Part shown: one piece after another, positions 36,098 through 46,938 of the stretch
Numbering within the stretch: position 1 is the first letter of the stretch
Layout: each line of letters opens with the position of its first letter
Assembly (NCBI GenBank): GCA_963674735.2
Contig: CAXXQS010000001.1
Span: 1,024,001-1,088,000, forward strand
Reading direction: 5' to 3'
Source: Myxococcota bacterium
GTDB lineage: Bacteria > Myxococcota_A > SURF-8
Length of the DNA stretch: 64,000 bases
The notes under the pieces: model-generated
Seen by the model: the letters and a program-made list of their open reading frames with translations, nothing else
Databases searched by the model: none
What the model was told of the DNA's origin: nothing
Position numbers and translations under genes: made by a program

Positions 36098-36739
36098 TCA
36101 CAAACGACTGCGCACACAAGCTCGGACGGGGGAAGCGTCGAGCCCGATGAGCGGAAGGGGCAGGCAGACTAGATCGTAGTATCCGGTTGTTACCTCTGAT
36201 AAATTTAAACCTTCTACAATGGCTGTTTCCGCTTTCATGAATGTCAGATGGACGGGATGTCCCGGAGAGCGGAAAGGTTCGATGGATGGTCCATCAATTC
36301 CAACGAGTTTAATACCGTAATCAACTAGGAGGCGTGCCGCGGACTCATCCAGTGCAGTGAAATCCGTGCGAAAAGGTACTGAAGCATCGGTTGGTTCGTG
36401 GGAATTTCTTGTCTTGATCAGAAGGCGGATCAGGCCGCTTTCAAGTCCGGCCGATTTAAGCAAAGGCGCTGTTAAAATCGCAATATCTGGAAACTCGACG
36501 ACTTGAGCGGGACCAATCAGTGTTTCGAGTGGAAAGGTATCTACGCTTTTTCCGTGGTCCAACATATGCCAGGGAGCGTCGAGATGGCTGCCCATATGTA
36601 AATCGAGCGATACCCCGGAGGTGTTGGTTGTTTCACCCTTGCTAATGCGAGATCCGGGGTGTACCTGAAACGGTTCACTACCCGGCCAGAGAGCGAGTTT
36701 CGATGAAAGCGGGTAGGTAATGTCGATCCAGGAACTCAC
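36098..36739 (-). CDS. Cyclase family protein (kynurenine formamidase-like)
   Basis: H.GSHLDAPWH, VGIDGPS, H, IVEGL, LPL..LDASPVR. Confidence 0.9.
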   Translation of the reverse strand: MSSWIDITYPLSSKLALWPGSEPFQVHPGSRISKGETTNTSGVSLDLHMGSHLDAPWHMLDHGKSVDTFPLETLIGPAQVVEFPDIAILTAPLLKSAGLESGLIRLLIKTRNSHEPTDASVPFRTDFTALDESAARLLVDYGIKLVGIDGPSIEPFRSPGHPVHLTFMKAETAIVEGLNLSEVTTGYYDLVCLPLPLIGLDASPVRACVRSRL

Positions 36740-39042
36740 GAGGCCGCACTTTCATCGTTCGTTTTGGGATTTTCTTTGTAAACCTGCAAAACCACGGTGA
36801 ATTCTGTTCCTTTTCCGAGTTGAGAATCGACAAGAATCTCGCCGTCATAGCGTTTGACAATTCCATAGCAGATAGAAAGTCCCAAGCCGGTTCCAACTCC
36901 AGGTGCTTTGGTGGTGACAAAGGGATCGAAAAGTTTGTCGCGTAGATTTTCCGGTATGCCTGGTCCGTCGTCACGGATTTTAACGGCTACTTTGCCGTCG
37001 AGCATGGTGGTTTCGATCCAGAGATTTCCTCCGCCTTTATTTGTTTCTTCAATCGCCTGGATTGCGTTGTTGATAATATTGATAAACAATTCTTCCAACT
37101 GAAGAAGCTCGATCTTGACCTTCGGCAAAGAGCGATCAAAGCTTAAATGTAACTTGATGCCTCCAAGATGGAATTTCTTTTCCCAGAATGGAAGCATTTC
37201 ATCAAGTATCAGATTGACGTCAGCCACTTCTTCATTGGCGTCCTGTTTTCGGGCAAAGCTAAGAAGACGGTGAGTGATGCCACGTGTCCGCTTGACGTGC
37301 TTGATTATTTTCGGCAGTCCCTCATGCAGTTCTTTAATGGTTTCGGCATCGGTTGCTTGAGGGTCCGCTTCAAGGAGTTCAAGAAGGTAACCGGTGATTT
37401 CCGAGATGACGGCCAGGGGGTTGTTGATCTCGTGTGCCACGCCGGATGCCAGCCGCCCCAAGGCGGCAAGCCGTTCCGATTGCATGACTTGACCGAGCAG
37501 CAATTTACGGCGAGAGATATCCTTCCCCATGCCTACGGTGCCGACTATATTGCCTTCCGAATCCTTGAGTTGTGAAAGGGTCAGGCTGACGGGTAGAGTG
37601 CTGCCATCTTTTCGTAATAGCTGGACTTCACAATCACGAACGGAGCCTTCTGTCCGCACTCGACGTACCAAACGTTCGCGTTCGAGTGGGTTCTGATACA
37701 TATCGCTGGCAGGCCGATGCACGACCTCTTCAAAACTGTAGCCCAACGATTCTTCCGCGCCCGGGTTGAAGGAAACGAGGCGGTCGTCCATATCGCTTGT
37801 GATGATGATAACCGGCGAGTTATTGACGATATTCTGGAGATAATCCCGCGTGCGTTTGAGTTCTTGCTCGGCGGCTTTGAGGTCGGTTACGTCCCTGGAA
37901 AGTCCGCAGACCGCTCGGATATGTCCGTCTGCATCCATAACCGGATATTTCGTCGTTGAGAGGAATACCCGGCGATTGTTGAGGATTACTTCTTCTTCGA
38001 AAGCAATCGGTTGACCTGTTTTTAGAACTTTGCGATCGCTCTCACGAAAAGATTCGGCGGCCTCGCGGTTGACGATTTCAAAAGGAGTGTGGCCGAGAAT
38101 TTCTTGTTTGGTGCGGTTAAACAATCGGCACATGGCCGGATTGACTTCGATATAGTTTCCTTGTTGATTTTTGATATAAGCCGCGATGGGTGCCATTTCC
38201 ATAAACTGCTGAAGCTGGATTTCCGTCTCTTTCAGTTTCTCTTCGGCACGGATGCGATCAGTTATGTCACGCGTCGATTCGATCATGCCCTGTATGGTGC
38301 CGTCGCGGTCGCGCAATGGCGCGGCGACGATCGCGGCGTAACGGGTGTGCCCATTTTTATCGAAGTGTTTGCGGACCAAAGAAACCATTTCACCACTTTG
38401 GATAACACGGTGGAAAGGGCAGTTTTCAACGGCAACCTGGCAATCGCCGCGTATAGCCTGCTCAACGTCATAGCAGTGTTGACCCCTGATCGACTCGATG
38501 TCATGGTGATTGTTCTTGAGAAAGATGGAATTGGCGTCGAGTATGATCATGTCGGTATCGACCACGACGATTTCATCGGGAATCGAATCGAAAATCTGGC
38601 TGAACCATTCGCGTTCGACTTCTACACGTTCGCGCATTTCCGTGCGCTGCTGAATGATGGCTTGCTGGGCCGTATAGAGTTCCCAAAACAAACTTGCCCC
38701 GAAATGATCGATGAGGCGCATGCCTTGGGGACGCTCTTTTTCAAGTTGATCACGGACTTCTTTCTTCCCCGTCAATTCGATAATCAAATCAAGGTCGGGA
38801 AGCTTTAGTAGCTCGTTGTAGTCGTTTGTTACGAGTTCAACGCCGATTTCCTTCGCGTACAGGATTCCAGGCGCGTTGGGATGGATATCAGCTACGCCCC
38901 GGATGTTGAGTCGCCAGGGACCGACCCGGTCGTTTTGCATCATTTGGAGAAACGATTTGCATCCCTGACCGCCTCCGACAATTGCTGCGGAAAGCTGGCG
39001 TGGTTTGGAAGCTGAAGTGACGAGCGGATTTGTATCAGCCAT
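36736..39042 (-). CDS. Sensor histidine kinase: Rossmann-like N-terminus, 3x PAS, HisKA, HATPase
   Basis: IVGGGQG..VADI..DLIIELTG; three PAS/PAC; AHEINNPL; NAIQA, DDGPG, FVTTK, GTGLGL. Confidence 0.92.
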   Translation of the reverse strand: MADTNPLVTSASKPRQLSAAIVGGGQGCKSFLQMMQNDRVGPWRLNIRGVADIHPNAPGILYAKEIGVELVTNDYNELLKLPDLDLIIELTGKKEVRDQLEKERPQGMRLIDHFGASLFWELYTAQQAIIQQRTEMRERVEVEREWFSQIFDSIPDEIVVVDTDMIILDANSIFLKNNHHDIESIRGQHCYDVEQAIRGDCQVAVENCPFHRVIQSGEMVSLVRKHFDKNGHTRYAAIVAAPLRDRDGTIQGMIESTRDITDRIRAEEKLKETEIQLQQFMEMAPIAAYIKNQQGNYIEVNPAMCRLFNRTKQEILGHTPFEIVNREAAESFRESDRKVLKTGQPIAFEEEVILNNRRVFLSTTKYPVMDADGHIRAVCGLSRDVTDLKAAEQELKRTRDYLQNIVNNSPVIIITSDMDDRLVSFNPGAEESLGYSFEEVVHRPASDMYQNPLERERLVRRVRTEGSVRDCEVQLLRKDGSTLPVSLTLSQLKDSEGNIVGTVGMGKDISRRKLLLGQVMQSERLAALGRLASGVAHEINNPLAVISEITGYLLELLEADPQATDAETIKELHEGLPKIIKHVKRTRGITHRLLSFARKQDANEEVADVNLILDEMLPFWEKKFHLGGIKLHLSFDRSLPKVKIELLQLEELFINIINNAIQAIEETNKGGGNLWIETTMLDGKVAVKIRDDGPGIPENLRDKLFDPFVTTKAPGVGTGLGLSICYGIVKRYDGEILVDSQLGKGTEFTVVLQVYKENPKTNDESAAS

Positions 39043-39150
39043 AATAATCGCCTCTGATATAAGGATCGTTCGACACGCGTTTCAACGCACCGGTACAGAC
39101 GGGATTGTACAGGAAAATGGCAAGGTTGCAGCGAAATAATTCAAACGAGT

Positions 39151-39612
39151 TTAGTCGTTTGATGGTTTCGAGGCCCACCAGAAATATCCGCTGACAACGA
39201 ATAACCCGATTTCGAGGATCATGGCTCCAAGATAGGCCAACGAACGCACATCGATGAAAAAATAGGCCAGGAAACTGAAGGCCATGATGCCATGAACGAG
39301 AATGACCGGTTGCATCCAGTCGAGCTTTATGGGATTGCGCCACACCCGCCAGGAACAAAAGGTAAGGGTAACGAATAGGCCGATCACCGGTACCATCCAG
39401 AAATCGTTTGAACCGGTGTTGATAGCCTGCATGCTGAACAATTTGTCGCCGATCCAGTCGATGGATGAAATGACCTGGTTGCCAAGGAAGATCATAAGCG
39501 GAATCATCACCAAGTGGTAAAGGGTCATCCACCGTGCGACTTTTTGAAGGTTGAACTGTTCGGGTGTCAGGTTGGACGTTGTAACCTCTTGCTTCGGTTC
39601 AAACGGATCCAT
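39151..39612 (-). CDS. Hypothetical 4-TM membrane protein
   Basis: Four hydrophobic segments; GGGG RBS-like element; directly follows alaS. Confidence 0.7.
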   Translation of the reverse strand: MDPFEPKQEVTTSNLTPEQFNLQKVARWMTLYHLVMIPLMIFLGNQVISSIDWIGDKLFSMQAINTGSNDFWMVPVIGLFVTLTFCSWRVWRNPIKLDWMQPVILVHGIMAFSFLAYFFIDVRSLAYLGAMILEIGLFVVSGYFWWASKPSND

Positions 39613-39639
39613 GAGTTCCCCCTTTTCAGTGGTCGCGCC

Positions 39640-42357
39640 CTAAAGCGCGCTGATGATTTCTTTCAATTTGTCGAAAGCCGAGGCGATACGACTTGGATCT
39701 CCTCCCCCGGCTTGAGCCATATCGGGACGCCCACCGCCTTTGGCTCCTGCCTCCGCCGCAGCTTTTCCGATGGTTTTACCAGCCGGAACTTTCTTTCGTA
39801 GATCTTCACTGACAGCCAGCAGGAAATTCACTTTGTCATTTATAGGCGCAGCCAAGAATACCACACCGGAACCGAGTTTGTCGAGCACCTGCGAGCCGTA
39901 GTCACGGAAGACTTTCGGGTCGACATCCTCGACTATCGTGCATAAGATCTTAATTTCGTTAATTATTTCAACTTTCTCAAGCAGCGAAGCCGATTGAAGA
40001 CGGGCTTTTTCAAGTTGTAATTGCTCGATACGTTTCTTGTCGGCTTTTTGTTGGTTAAACAAGCCGGACAGGGCTTTTTCGAGCTGTGCCGGTGCGGTGG
40101 AGAGCATGCTTGCGAGGCTTTGTAGAACCTGCGTATCGTTTATCGATTGCTCGATTGCAGATTGGCCGGTTACGGCTTCGATCCGACGAATTCCTGATGC
40201 AATCGATGTTTCCGAAATGACTTTGAAAAATCCAATATCACCGCTTCGTCTGACGTGGGTGCCGCCGCATAGCTCCATTGAATCGGATGAAAGAGTGACA
40301 ACCCGCACGGTGTCGCCATATTTTTCGCCGAAAATGGCGGTAGCTCCGGATTCCTGGGCTTCATCCAATGACTTTACTACGGTTTCCGCTGCGTCGTTGT
40401 TGCGGACTTTGGCGTTGACGAGGCGCTCAACCTCGGCGATTTCATCCGGAGTCAAGGCCTGGAAGTGGGTGAAATCGAAGCGCAAGCGGTCGGGGCCGAC
40501 CCATGAACCGGACTGCTTGACATGAGTGCCTAGAACTTGGCGAAGTGCAAACTGCAGCAGATGAGTAGCGCTGTGGTTGCGGCGGACCGCATTGCGGCGC
40601 TCGGAATCGACATATAACCCGACTTCATCACCTACTTTGAGCGATCCTTTCAGAATTCGGCCTTTGTGGACGAAAAGCCCGTCGATTGGCTTTCGTGTGT
40701 CAAGCACAAGAAGAACCGTATTCGCCTGCAGCTCTGTTTCGATACCATGCGCCAGATTTTCGATTATGTTAGACAAATTTCCATCCGGAGCCGGTCCGAC
40801 AAGCAAAAGACCGCGGTCGCCGACCTGACCGCCCGATTCTCCGTAAAAGGGGGTGCGATCGGTGATGACTTCAACGTCCATTCCTTCAGGTGCTTCGTCA
40901 AGAGCTTGTCCACCGGAAAGGATGGCTTTGATGACGCCGGTTGCTTGATCTTCGTCGTATCCGACAAATTCGACATCTTTTCCCAGGGTTGTGTGAGCAT
41001 CGCCATAGAGCTTGACGCCGTCTTCTCCCGCTGCTCCTTTCCAGGATGCGCGACCTCGTTCACGTTGTTTTTTCATCTCGGCATCGAAACCCGGCATGTC
41101 TACAAGTTTACCGTGCTCTGCGGCGATAAGCTGGGTCAGGTCGAGTGGAAAACCATAGGTGTCGTATAGTTTGAAAGCCAAATCACCCGGAAGCGATTCG
41201 CTTTCGCCCGTTTTGAGACGACCCAACTCCATCTCCAGAATATCCAAACCGGTATTGAGCGTGCGGCGGAAACTCTTCTCCTCTTCGCGAGCAACGTTGA
41301 GGATGAAATCCCGGTTGCGTGTCAGTTCGGTATAAACATCGCCCATTTCCGAAATAACAACTTCGCAGATGTCCGGCATGAAAAGGTTGTCGAGACCCAA
41401 ACGCTTGCCGTGGCGGATGGCGCGTCGCATGATGCGGCGCAGGACGTAACCGCGATGTTCGTTGGATGGCAACATGCCGTCGCCGATCAGAAACGCGGTG
41501 GCGCGGGCATGGTCGGCAATCACACGCAGGCTGGTATCATCCTCATCGTTAGCACCGTAAGTTTTGCCGGAGAGGCGGCAGGTGGTTTGAATGATGGGCT
41601 GAAATAGATCGGTGTCGTAATTGGAGAACACGCCTTGTTTGATGGCTGTGATGCGTTCGAGACCGGCGCCGGTATCGACGGAAGGCGAGGGTAGGGGTAG
41701 CAGGGTGCCGTCGGACTGACGGTCGAACTGCATAAACACCAGGTTCCATATTTCCAGAAAACGATCCGAATCGCCGTATATATCTTCGTCTTTCCATATG
41801 TCGCCAGGACCGCTTCCCTGATCGACATGGAGTTCTGAGCAAGGACCACAGGGACCTGTTTCCCCCATGGACCAGAAATTGTCTTTCGCACCCATACGGA
41901 CGATGTGATCTTCTGCGATGTCGGTTTCTCGTCGCCAAATATCGAAGGCATCGTCATCTTCTTCGAAAACGGTCGCATAAAGAACGTTTTTGTCGAGTTT
42001 GTAAATATCCGATGCGAGTTCCCAGCATAGCCGGATGGCTTCTTGCTTGAAGTAGTCGCCAAAGCTGAAATTACCCAGCATCTCGAAAAATGTGTGGTGA
42101 CGAGCCGTGCGACCGACGTTTTCCAAGTCGTTGTGCTTACCCGAGACGCGCATGCACTTTTGGGCTGTGGTGGCGCAGGGAGTCGGACGTGCGATCTGTC
42201 CGGTAAAGATGTCCTTGAATTGGTTCATTCCCGCGTTGGTGAACAGCAGGGTCGGATCATCGAGCGGGATCAATGACGACGAACGCATATGCTTATGGTT
42301 TTTCGATTCGAAATAGCGGATAAACGTTTCGCGAACGTCTTTTGAACGGGTACTCAT
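39640..42357 (-). CDS. alaS: Alanine--tRNA ligase
   Basis: DPTLLFTNAGMNQFK, HHTFFEMLGNFSFGDYFK, NHSATHLL, ELCGGTH, GGGRPDMAQAG. Confidence 0.99.
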   Translation of the reverse strand: MSTRSKDVRETFIRYFESKNHKHMRSSSLIPLDDPTLLFTNAGMNQFKDIFTGQIARPTPCATTAQKCMRVSGKHNDLENVGRTARHHTFFEMLGNFSFGDYFKQEAIRLCWELASDIYKLDKNVLYATVFEEDDDAFDIWRRETDIAEDHIVRMGAKDNFWSMGETGPCGPCSELHVDQGSGPGDIWKDEDIYGDSDRFLEIWNLVFMQFDRQSDGTLLPLPSPSVDTGAGLERITAIKQGVFSNYDTDLFQPIIQTTCRLSGKTYGANDEDDTSLRVIADHARATAFLIGDGMLPSNEHRGYVLRRIMRRAIRHGKRLGLDNLFMPDICEVVISEMGDVYTELTRNRDFILNVAREEEKSFRRTLNTGLDILEMELGRLKTGESESLPGDLAFKLYDTYGFPLDLTQLIAAEHGKLVDMPGFDAEMKKQRERGRASWKGAAGEDGVKLYGDAHTTLGKDVEFVGYDEDQATGVIKAILSGGQALDEAPEGMDVEVITDRTPFYGESGGQVGDRGLLLVGPAPDGNLSNIIENLAHGIETELQANTVLLVLDTRKPIDGLFVHKGRILKGSLKVGDEVGLYVDSERRNAVRRNHSATHLLQFALRQVLGTHVKQSGSWVGPDRLRFDFTHFQALTPDEIAEVERLVNAKVRNNDAAETVVKSLDEAQESGATAIFGEKYGDTVRVVTLSSDSMELCGGTHVRRSGDIGFFKVISETSIASGIRRIEAVTGQSAIEQSINDTQVLQSLASMLSTAPAQLEKALSGLFNQQKADKKRIEQLQLEKARLQSASLLEKVEIINEIKILCTIVEDVDPKVFRDYGSQVLDKLGSGVVFLAAPINDKVNFLLAVSEDLRKKVPAGKTIGKAAAEAGAKGGGRPDMAQAGGGDPSRIASAFDKLKEIISAL

Positions 42358-42358
42358 A

Positions 42359-42856
42359 TCAGGTGTCCTCTTCGAAATTGTGCTCCATCAACGCGTCGAG
42401 TATAGATCGTATCGAGTCGATGGAAAAACCGCGACCAGCCAGATGGCGGCCGACTTTATCTCGCTTTCGTCTGGGGTCTTCATCGTGTATCTGTTTCCAG
42501 CGACGCAAAGCCACTTCCCAAGCAACTTCACGTTCGTTGACCGTTTCGCGGTATTCTTCGATGACTTCCTCGGCCAATTCCCGATCTACCCCGGCTTTCA
42601 ACAACCGGCTGCGTGCATCGTGAAACCCGCGACGACGAATCACCACCCGGTCTTTTACCAGTAGGCGGGCGAATCGCCGGTCGTCAAGGTAGTGTAAGTC
42701 GGTGAGTTTTGTCAAGGTTACGCTGATTTCGGCGGTATCATATTTGCGCTGACGCAGCTTTCGGGTCAGTTCGGCGGTGGAGTGGTCGCGGTGGGCTAGA
42801 ATATCCACTGCGCATTCGAAGGCTGAGCGGTCAGTTTTGCGTTTCGATCCACTCAC
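42359..42856 (-). CDS. recX: Regulatory protein RecX
   Basis: LAHRDHS..EL..KL, YLDDRRFA, L..RGF; lies between recA/pilT and alaS. Confidence 0.92.
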   Translation of the reverse strand: MSGSKRKTDRSAFECAVDILAHRDHSTAELTRKLRQRKYDTAEISVTLTKLTDLHYLDDRRFARLLVKDRVVIRRRGFHDARSRLLKAGVDRELAEEVIEEYRETVNEREVAWEVALRRWKQIHDEDPRRKRDKVGRHLAGRGFSIDSIRSILDALMEHNFEEDT

Positions 42857-44019
42857 TTGCCGAACCGTTCAACCTCGAGGATATCGTCGTCGGTTGAATC
42901 CGCGCTTGTATCGGATTTGTCGAAATGCTCCCAGCGGCCGTCGCTGGACGATTGAATCCCTTTGTATCGCAAGGCGAAATCATCGGGATTGGAGGCCTGG
43001 GTCAGCGCCTGGTCGTAGGTGATCAACCCGGAATGAACCAGGGACATCAGAGATTGGTCGAACGTTTGCATCCCATAGCTGGTGTAACCGGCTGCTATCG
43101 CCTCGGAAATTTCTTTCACACGGCTCTCGTCTTCGATGAGCTGGCGAACATGTTTCGTGTTGATCATTACTTCCACGGCCGGAGCACGTCCTTTGCCGTC
43201 GGCGGTCGGGACTAACCGTTGTGAGATGACGGCCTTGAGCACTGTCGCGAGTTGCAGGCGGACCGAGTGCTGATGATGCGGGGGAAAGAGCGAGATTATT
43301 CGGTTAATCGTTTCGGTTGTGTCCATGGTGTGCAACGTCGACATCACCAGGTGGCCTGTTTCGGCCGCCGCCATGGCGGTTTCGAATGTTTCCAGGTCGC
43401 GGAGCTCGCCGAGTAAAATGACATCGGGATCTTGGCGAAGAGCGGATTTCAGCGCCTTTCCGAACGTAAAGGTATCCATGTTGACTTCGCGTTGATTGAT
43501 CATCGAACGGCGGTCACGGATGAGGAACTCGATCGGATCTTCGATGGTGATGATATGGCAGGTACGCACCCGATTGATGTGATCAATCATCGCCGCCAAT
43601 GTGGACGACTTTCCGGCGGAAGTGGTGCCGGTTACGAGAATCAATCCACGCTGAAACTCGGCTATCTTCTTCAAAACAGGCGGCAATCGCAGTTCGTCGA
43701 AGGTGGGAACGTGCATGGGAATCACCCGGATCGCCGCTCCTACGGAACCCCGTTGATGAAAGGCGTTGATGCGAAAACGGCCGACCCCACCGATGCCGTA
43801 TGCGAAATCGATTTCAAGCTCGTTCTGCAGCAATTCCTGTTGGCGCTTGGACATGATGTCATACAGCATGTCACGAATCGCTTCGGGGGTAAGACGGTCG
43901 GCGTTGCGCAAGGAAACCAGCGACCCGGCAATTCGAAACATGGGAGGTAATCCCACTTTCAGGTGAATATCACTGGCACCGCCTTTGAAACCAACGGTCA
44001 AGATTTCGGTGAGATCCAT
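42853..44019 (-). CDS. pilT: PilT/PilU-family type IV pilus retraction ATPase
   Basis: ASDIHL, Walker A GTTSAGKS, TIEDPIE, LRQDPDVILLGE, TGHLV.STLH, GMQTFDQ; GGAGG RBS before ATG 44019. Confidence 0.92.
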   Translation of the reverse strand: MDLTEILTVGFKGGASDIHLKVGLPPMFRIAGSLVSLRNADRLTPEAIRDMLYDIMSKRQQELLQNELEIDFAYGIGGVGRFRINAFHQRGSVGAAIRVIPMHVPTFDELRLPPVLKKIAEFQRGLILVTGTTSAGKSSTLAAMIDHINRVRTCHIITIEDPIEFLIRDRRSMINQREVNMDTFTFGKALKSALRQDPDVILLGELRDLETFETAMAAAETGHLVMSTLHTMDTTETINRIISLFPPHHQHSVRLQLATVLKAVISQRLVPTADGKGRAPAVEVMINTKHVRQLIEDESRVKEISEAIAAGYTSYGMQTFDQSLMSLVHSGLITYDQALTQASNPDDFALRYKGIQSSSDGRWEHFDKSDTSADSTDDDILEVERFGK

Positions 44020-44092
44020 TTGTTCCTCCCGACTTTCCCCCTCATATCCGCTTATCGTCAATCGCGATCTTTATCAATCGATGGAGATAAGC

Positions 44093-45154
44093 CTACTTTT
44101 TCTTCCCGGCTTTGCTCTCCGCTTCCACCGGTTCTTCCTCAACTGCTTCGGGTTGGCCGAATCCGAATTTGGCTTTGACTTCATCTTCAATGCTGAGAAG
44201 GATGTCCGGGTTTTCTTTTAGGAAATTCTTCACATTCTCGCGCCCCTGGCCGATGCGGTCGGTTTTGTAGCTAAACCAGGAACCCGACTTGTCCACGATG
44301 CCTTGATCGACCGCCATGTCGAGGGTCGCACCTTCGCGAGAAATGCCATATCCATACATGATATCGCATTCGATGGATTTGAAAGGTGGAGCCAGTTTGT
44401 TTTTGACAACTTTGATACGTGTGCGCGAACCCAGGATTTCGTCACCTTGTTTGATGGCGCCGATACGTCGGATGTCGATACGAACCGAACTGTAGAATTT
44501 CAGGGCGTTGCCACCGGTTGTGGTTTCGGGGTTGCCGAACATCACGCCGATTTTCATACGGATTTGGTTGATGAAAATAACGGTTGTCATCGATTTGGCG
44601 ATCAGACCGGTTAATTTGCGCATGGCCTGAGACATCAGACGGGCCTGCAAGCCGACATGAGAGTCGCCCATTTCGCCATCGATCTCAGCGCGCGGTACCA
44701 AAGCGGCGACGGAATCCACCACCAAAACATCGATGGCGTTGGAGCGAACCAGAGTTTCCATGATTTCGAGGGCTTGCTCGCCGTAATCAGGTTGCGAGAT
44801 GAGGAGCTCGTCCGTATTCACACCCAGGTTTTTCGCGTAATTGACATCGAGTGCATGCTCGGCATCGATATAGGCGGCAACACCGCCTGCTTTTTGTGCA
44901 TTGGCCACGCAATGCAGCGCCAGGGTTGTTTTTCCCGAAGCTTCCGGACCGTAAATCTCCGTTACCCGACCGCGTGGAAGGCCACCGGCTCCCAGCGCGA
45001 TATCAAGCGGAAGGGCTCCTGTGGGAATCGTGGCAACGGCGGCAGGATTTACACCTTTATCGCCCAGGCGCATAATCGCACCCTTGCCGAACTGTTTTTC
45101 GATGGAGCCGATTGCCAGCTCAATGGATTTGAGTTTATTGGGATCTACAGCCAT
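44093..45154 (-). CDS. recA: Recombinase A
   Basis: [40 protein letters not shown]. Confidence 0.99.
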   Translation of the reverse strand: MAVDPNKLKSIELAIGSIEKQFGKGAIMRLGDKGVNPAAVATIPTGALPLDIALGAGGLPRGRVTEIYGPEASGKTTLALHCVANAQKAGGVAAYIDAEHALDVNYAKNLGVNTDELLISQPDYGEQALEIMETLVRSNAIDVLVVDSVAALVPRAEIDGEMGDSHVGLQARLMSQAMRKLTGLIAKSMTTVIFINQIRMKIGVMFGNPETTTGGNALKFYSSVRIDIRRIGAIKQGDEILGSRTRIKVVKNKLAPPFKSIECDIMYGYGISREGATLDMAVDQGIVDKSGSWFSYKTDRIGQGRENVKNFLKENPDILLSIEDEVKAKFGFGQPEAVEEEPVEAESKAGKKK

Positions 45155-45164
45155 GGAGTCCTCC

Positions 45165-45650
45165 TCACGATTGTGCGTGTTTCAATAGCATATTTATAGC
45201 TGAATAAGCCGCTTTATTTCTGATGGATGAACGATCGCCGTCAAAGTGATAGTGTGCCTGATGAGTTCCGGATGGTCCGGCAAGGGCAATAAAGACCGTC
45301 CCCACCGGTTTGGATTCGGAACCGCCATCGGGTCCGGCTATGCCGGTAATGGCCAGCGCCCAGGTTGCCCCACTTGCGCTACGCTCGCCTTCCGCCATTG
45401 CTCGTGCGCAGGCTTCGCTGACCGCGCCGTGTTCGTCGAGGAGTGTTTCGGGTACGCCAAGTCGCCGGACTTTCGAACTATTGGCGTAAGTGACGATTCC
45501 TTCGATGAGTATGGCCGAGGCTCCGGGAATGTCGGTGATTTGTTTGGCGAGCAGTCCTCCCGTGCAAGATTCGGCCAACGAGAGGGTTTCGCCTCGTTTT
45601 GTTAAGGAATTAACCAGTAATTGTAATGAGTTAGCAGCCTGTTCAGTCAT
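45165..45650 (-). CDS. cinA: CinA C-terminal domain protein (NMN deamidase PncC-like)
   Basis: [31 protein letters not shown]. Start may be 45662. Confidence 0.9.
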   Translation of the reverse strand: MTEQAANSLQLLVNSLTKRGETLSLAESCTGGLLAKQITDIPGASAILIEGIVTYANSSKVRRLGVPETLLDEHGAVSEACARAMAEGERSASGATWALAITGIAGPDGGSESKPVGTVFIALAGPSGTHQAHYHFDGDRSSIRNKAAYSAINMLLKHAQS

Positions 45651-45871
45651 GCTCTTTGCCAAATTGCAGTCGAACGTTTCGTGATATTTTCGCAGAAATT
45701 CAGTACGTAGGGCAACGCGAAAATACCGGCAAATCGTCTATAGAAACGCCTGATAGAACCCTCACATTGAAACCATGTCCCCTGCGGCTTGTCAAGCTAT
45801 TAAATATCGTTTCAAAGAGAGGTGTGACGTATTCTGGCACACGCTGCTCAGGATTTCCAAGGCTGAAAAAA

Positions 45872-46813
45872 CTAGCGATTTCGAGATTTCTTTGGTTTTC
45901 TCGATGGTTTGGATGAGCGTGATCGATTGTGGGAGGGTGTCGCATTGGGATCCGGCCAAAGAAGCGGGTGGCGGGGTAGCCAATAGAAAACCATGAAAGC
46001 AGCTCCCGCAACGAGAAAGATCCCGATGAATTGGGATGTACTCAATAACCCAACCGTTCCCCGGCCACCGTCGTCGCGAACAAACTCGATCAGAAAGCGG
46101 AAGAAGGAATAGAGCCCGACAAAAGCCCAGAAGGCTAAGCCATCGCGCCATAGATGTCGAGTCTTTGTTGTCGGCTGTCCTGTGAACACACGATGGAGGC
46201 GAATCTGGGTTAGAAGCCACCATGTGAAGCCGGCCAGAACGAAACCGGCAGCCGATTCGAATAGTTGAGTGGGTAAGACAGGAGTCGAGAAGCCGTCCGG
46301 CAATAAAGCCCAGTGGCGGTGACTGTGCTGCTGGGCAACAAGACTTGGGGGCGGAAAACTCAACCCCAAAAAACTGTCGGTGCGAACGCCGTAACAACAA
46401 CCGCGAAGGAAGCAACCCAAGCGCGTGAGTCCCAATCCGAGTGCGAGTGCGGGGGTGGCGGCATCGAGGTGGGGACGTATCGGCAATTTGCGGTAGATGA
46501 ATATCGCCAACCCGGTTCCAACTCCAAAAATGAAGCCGCCATAAGCCACCATGCCGCCTTCGCGAACATTTACGATTCGAGCGAAGGTCCAGTCGAGGTG
46601 AGGGTTTGAAATGACGTGGAAAAGTCGTGCTCCGACAAGAGAAAGAAAGGCCGCTAGGATGATCGGTAAAACATAATTTTCCGGGTTGAGCCCGTGCCGT
46701 TTGGCCGTGAATGGAATGAAATACCACCCGACGATAAAGGCCAAGCCCAACATGACACCATAGCCGTATACCGGCAAATCAATCCAGGGAATGGTGAACA
46801 GAACGGGTTTCAT
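45872..46813 (-). CDS. lgt: Prolipoprotein diacylglyceryl transferase
   Basis: YG..L, GARLFHV, GG...YGG, RLGCFL.GCCYG variant signature, PTQLFE, RF.IEF.R, SQ. Confidence 0.9.
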   Translation of the reverse strand: MKPVLFTIPWIDLPVYGYGVMLGLAFIVGWYFIPFTAKRHGLNPENYVLPIILAAFLSLVGARLFHVISNPHLDWTFARIVNVREGGMVAYGGFIFGVGTGLAIFIYRKLPIRPHLDAATPALALGLGLTRLGCFLRGCCYGVRTDSFLGLSFPPPSLVAQQHSHRHWALLPDGFSTPVLPTQLFESAAGFVLAGFTWWLLTQIRLHRVFTGQPTTKTRHLWRDGLAFWAFVGLYSFFRFLIEFVRDDGGRGTVGLLSTSQFIGIFLVAGAAFMVFYWLPRHPLLWPDPNATPSHNRSRSSKPSRKPKKSRNR

Positions 46814-46910
46814 CGCTCCTCAACAAGAATAAAGTCAACGATTCAACAAATCCGCGAGACTGTGTCACCGATGGCGGGTAAAGTCAAGCCTTGCAAGGTA
46901 ATGAAAACAT

Positions 46911-46938
46911 TTGACAAAGCTGTTTGGCATTATATAAT
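46911..46938 (+). promoter_or_regulatory. sigma70 promoter
   Basis: TTGACA-N16-TATAAT upstream of the FHA protein gene. Confidence 0.7.

Noticed and set aside
39640-45650. pilT inside the recA-recX-alaS cluster as a novelty
   Set aside because: As I recall, this order is common in deltaproteobacteria; ordinary housekeeping synteny.
45663-45871. LexA/SOS box upstream of cinA-recA
   Set aside because: No convincing palindrome matching a LexA motif that I know.
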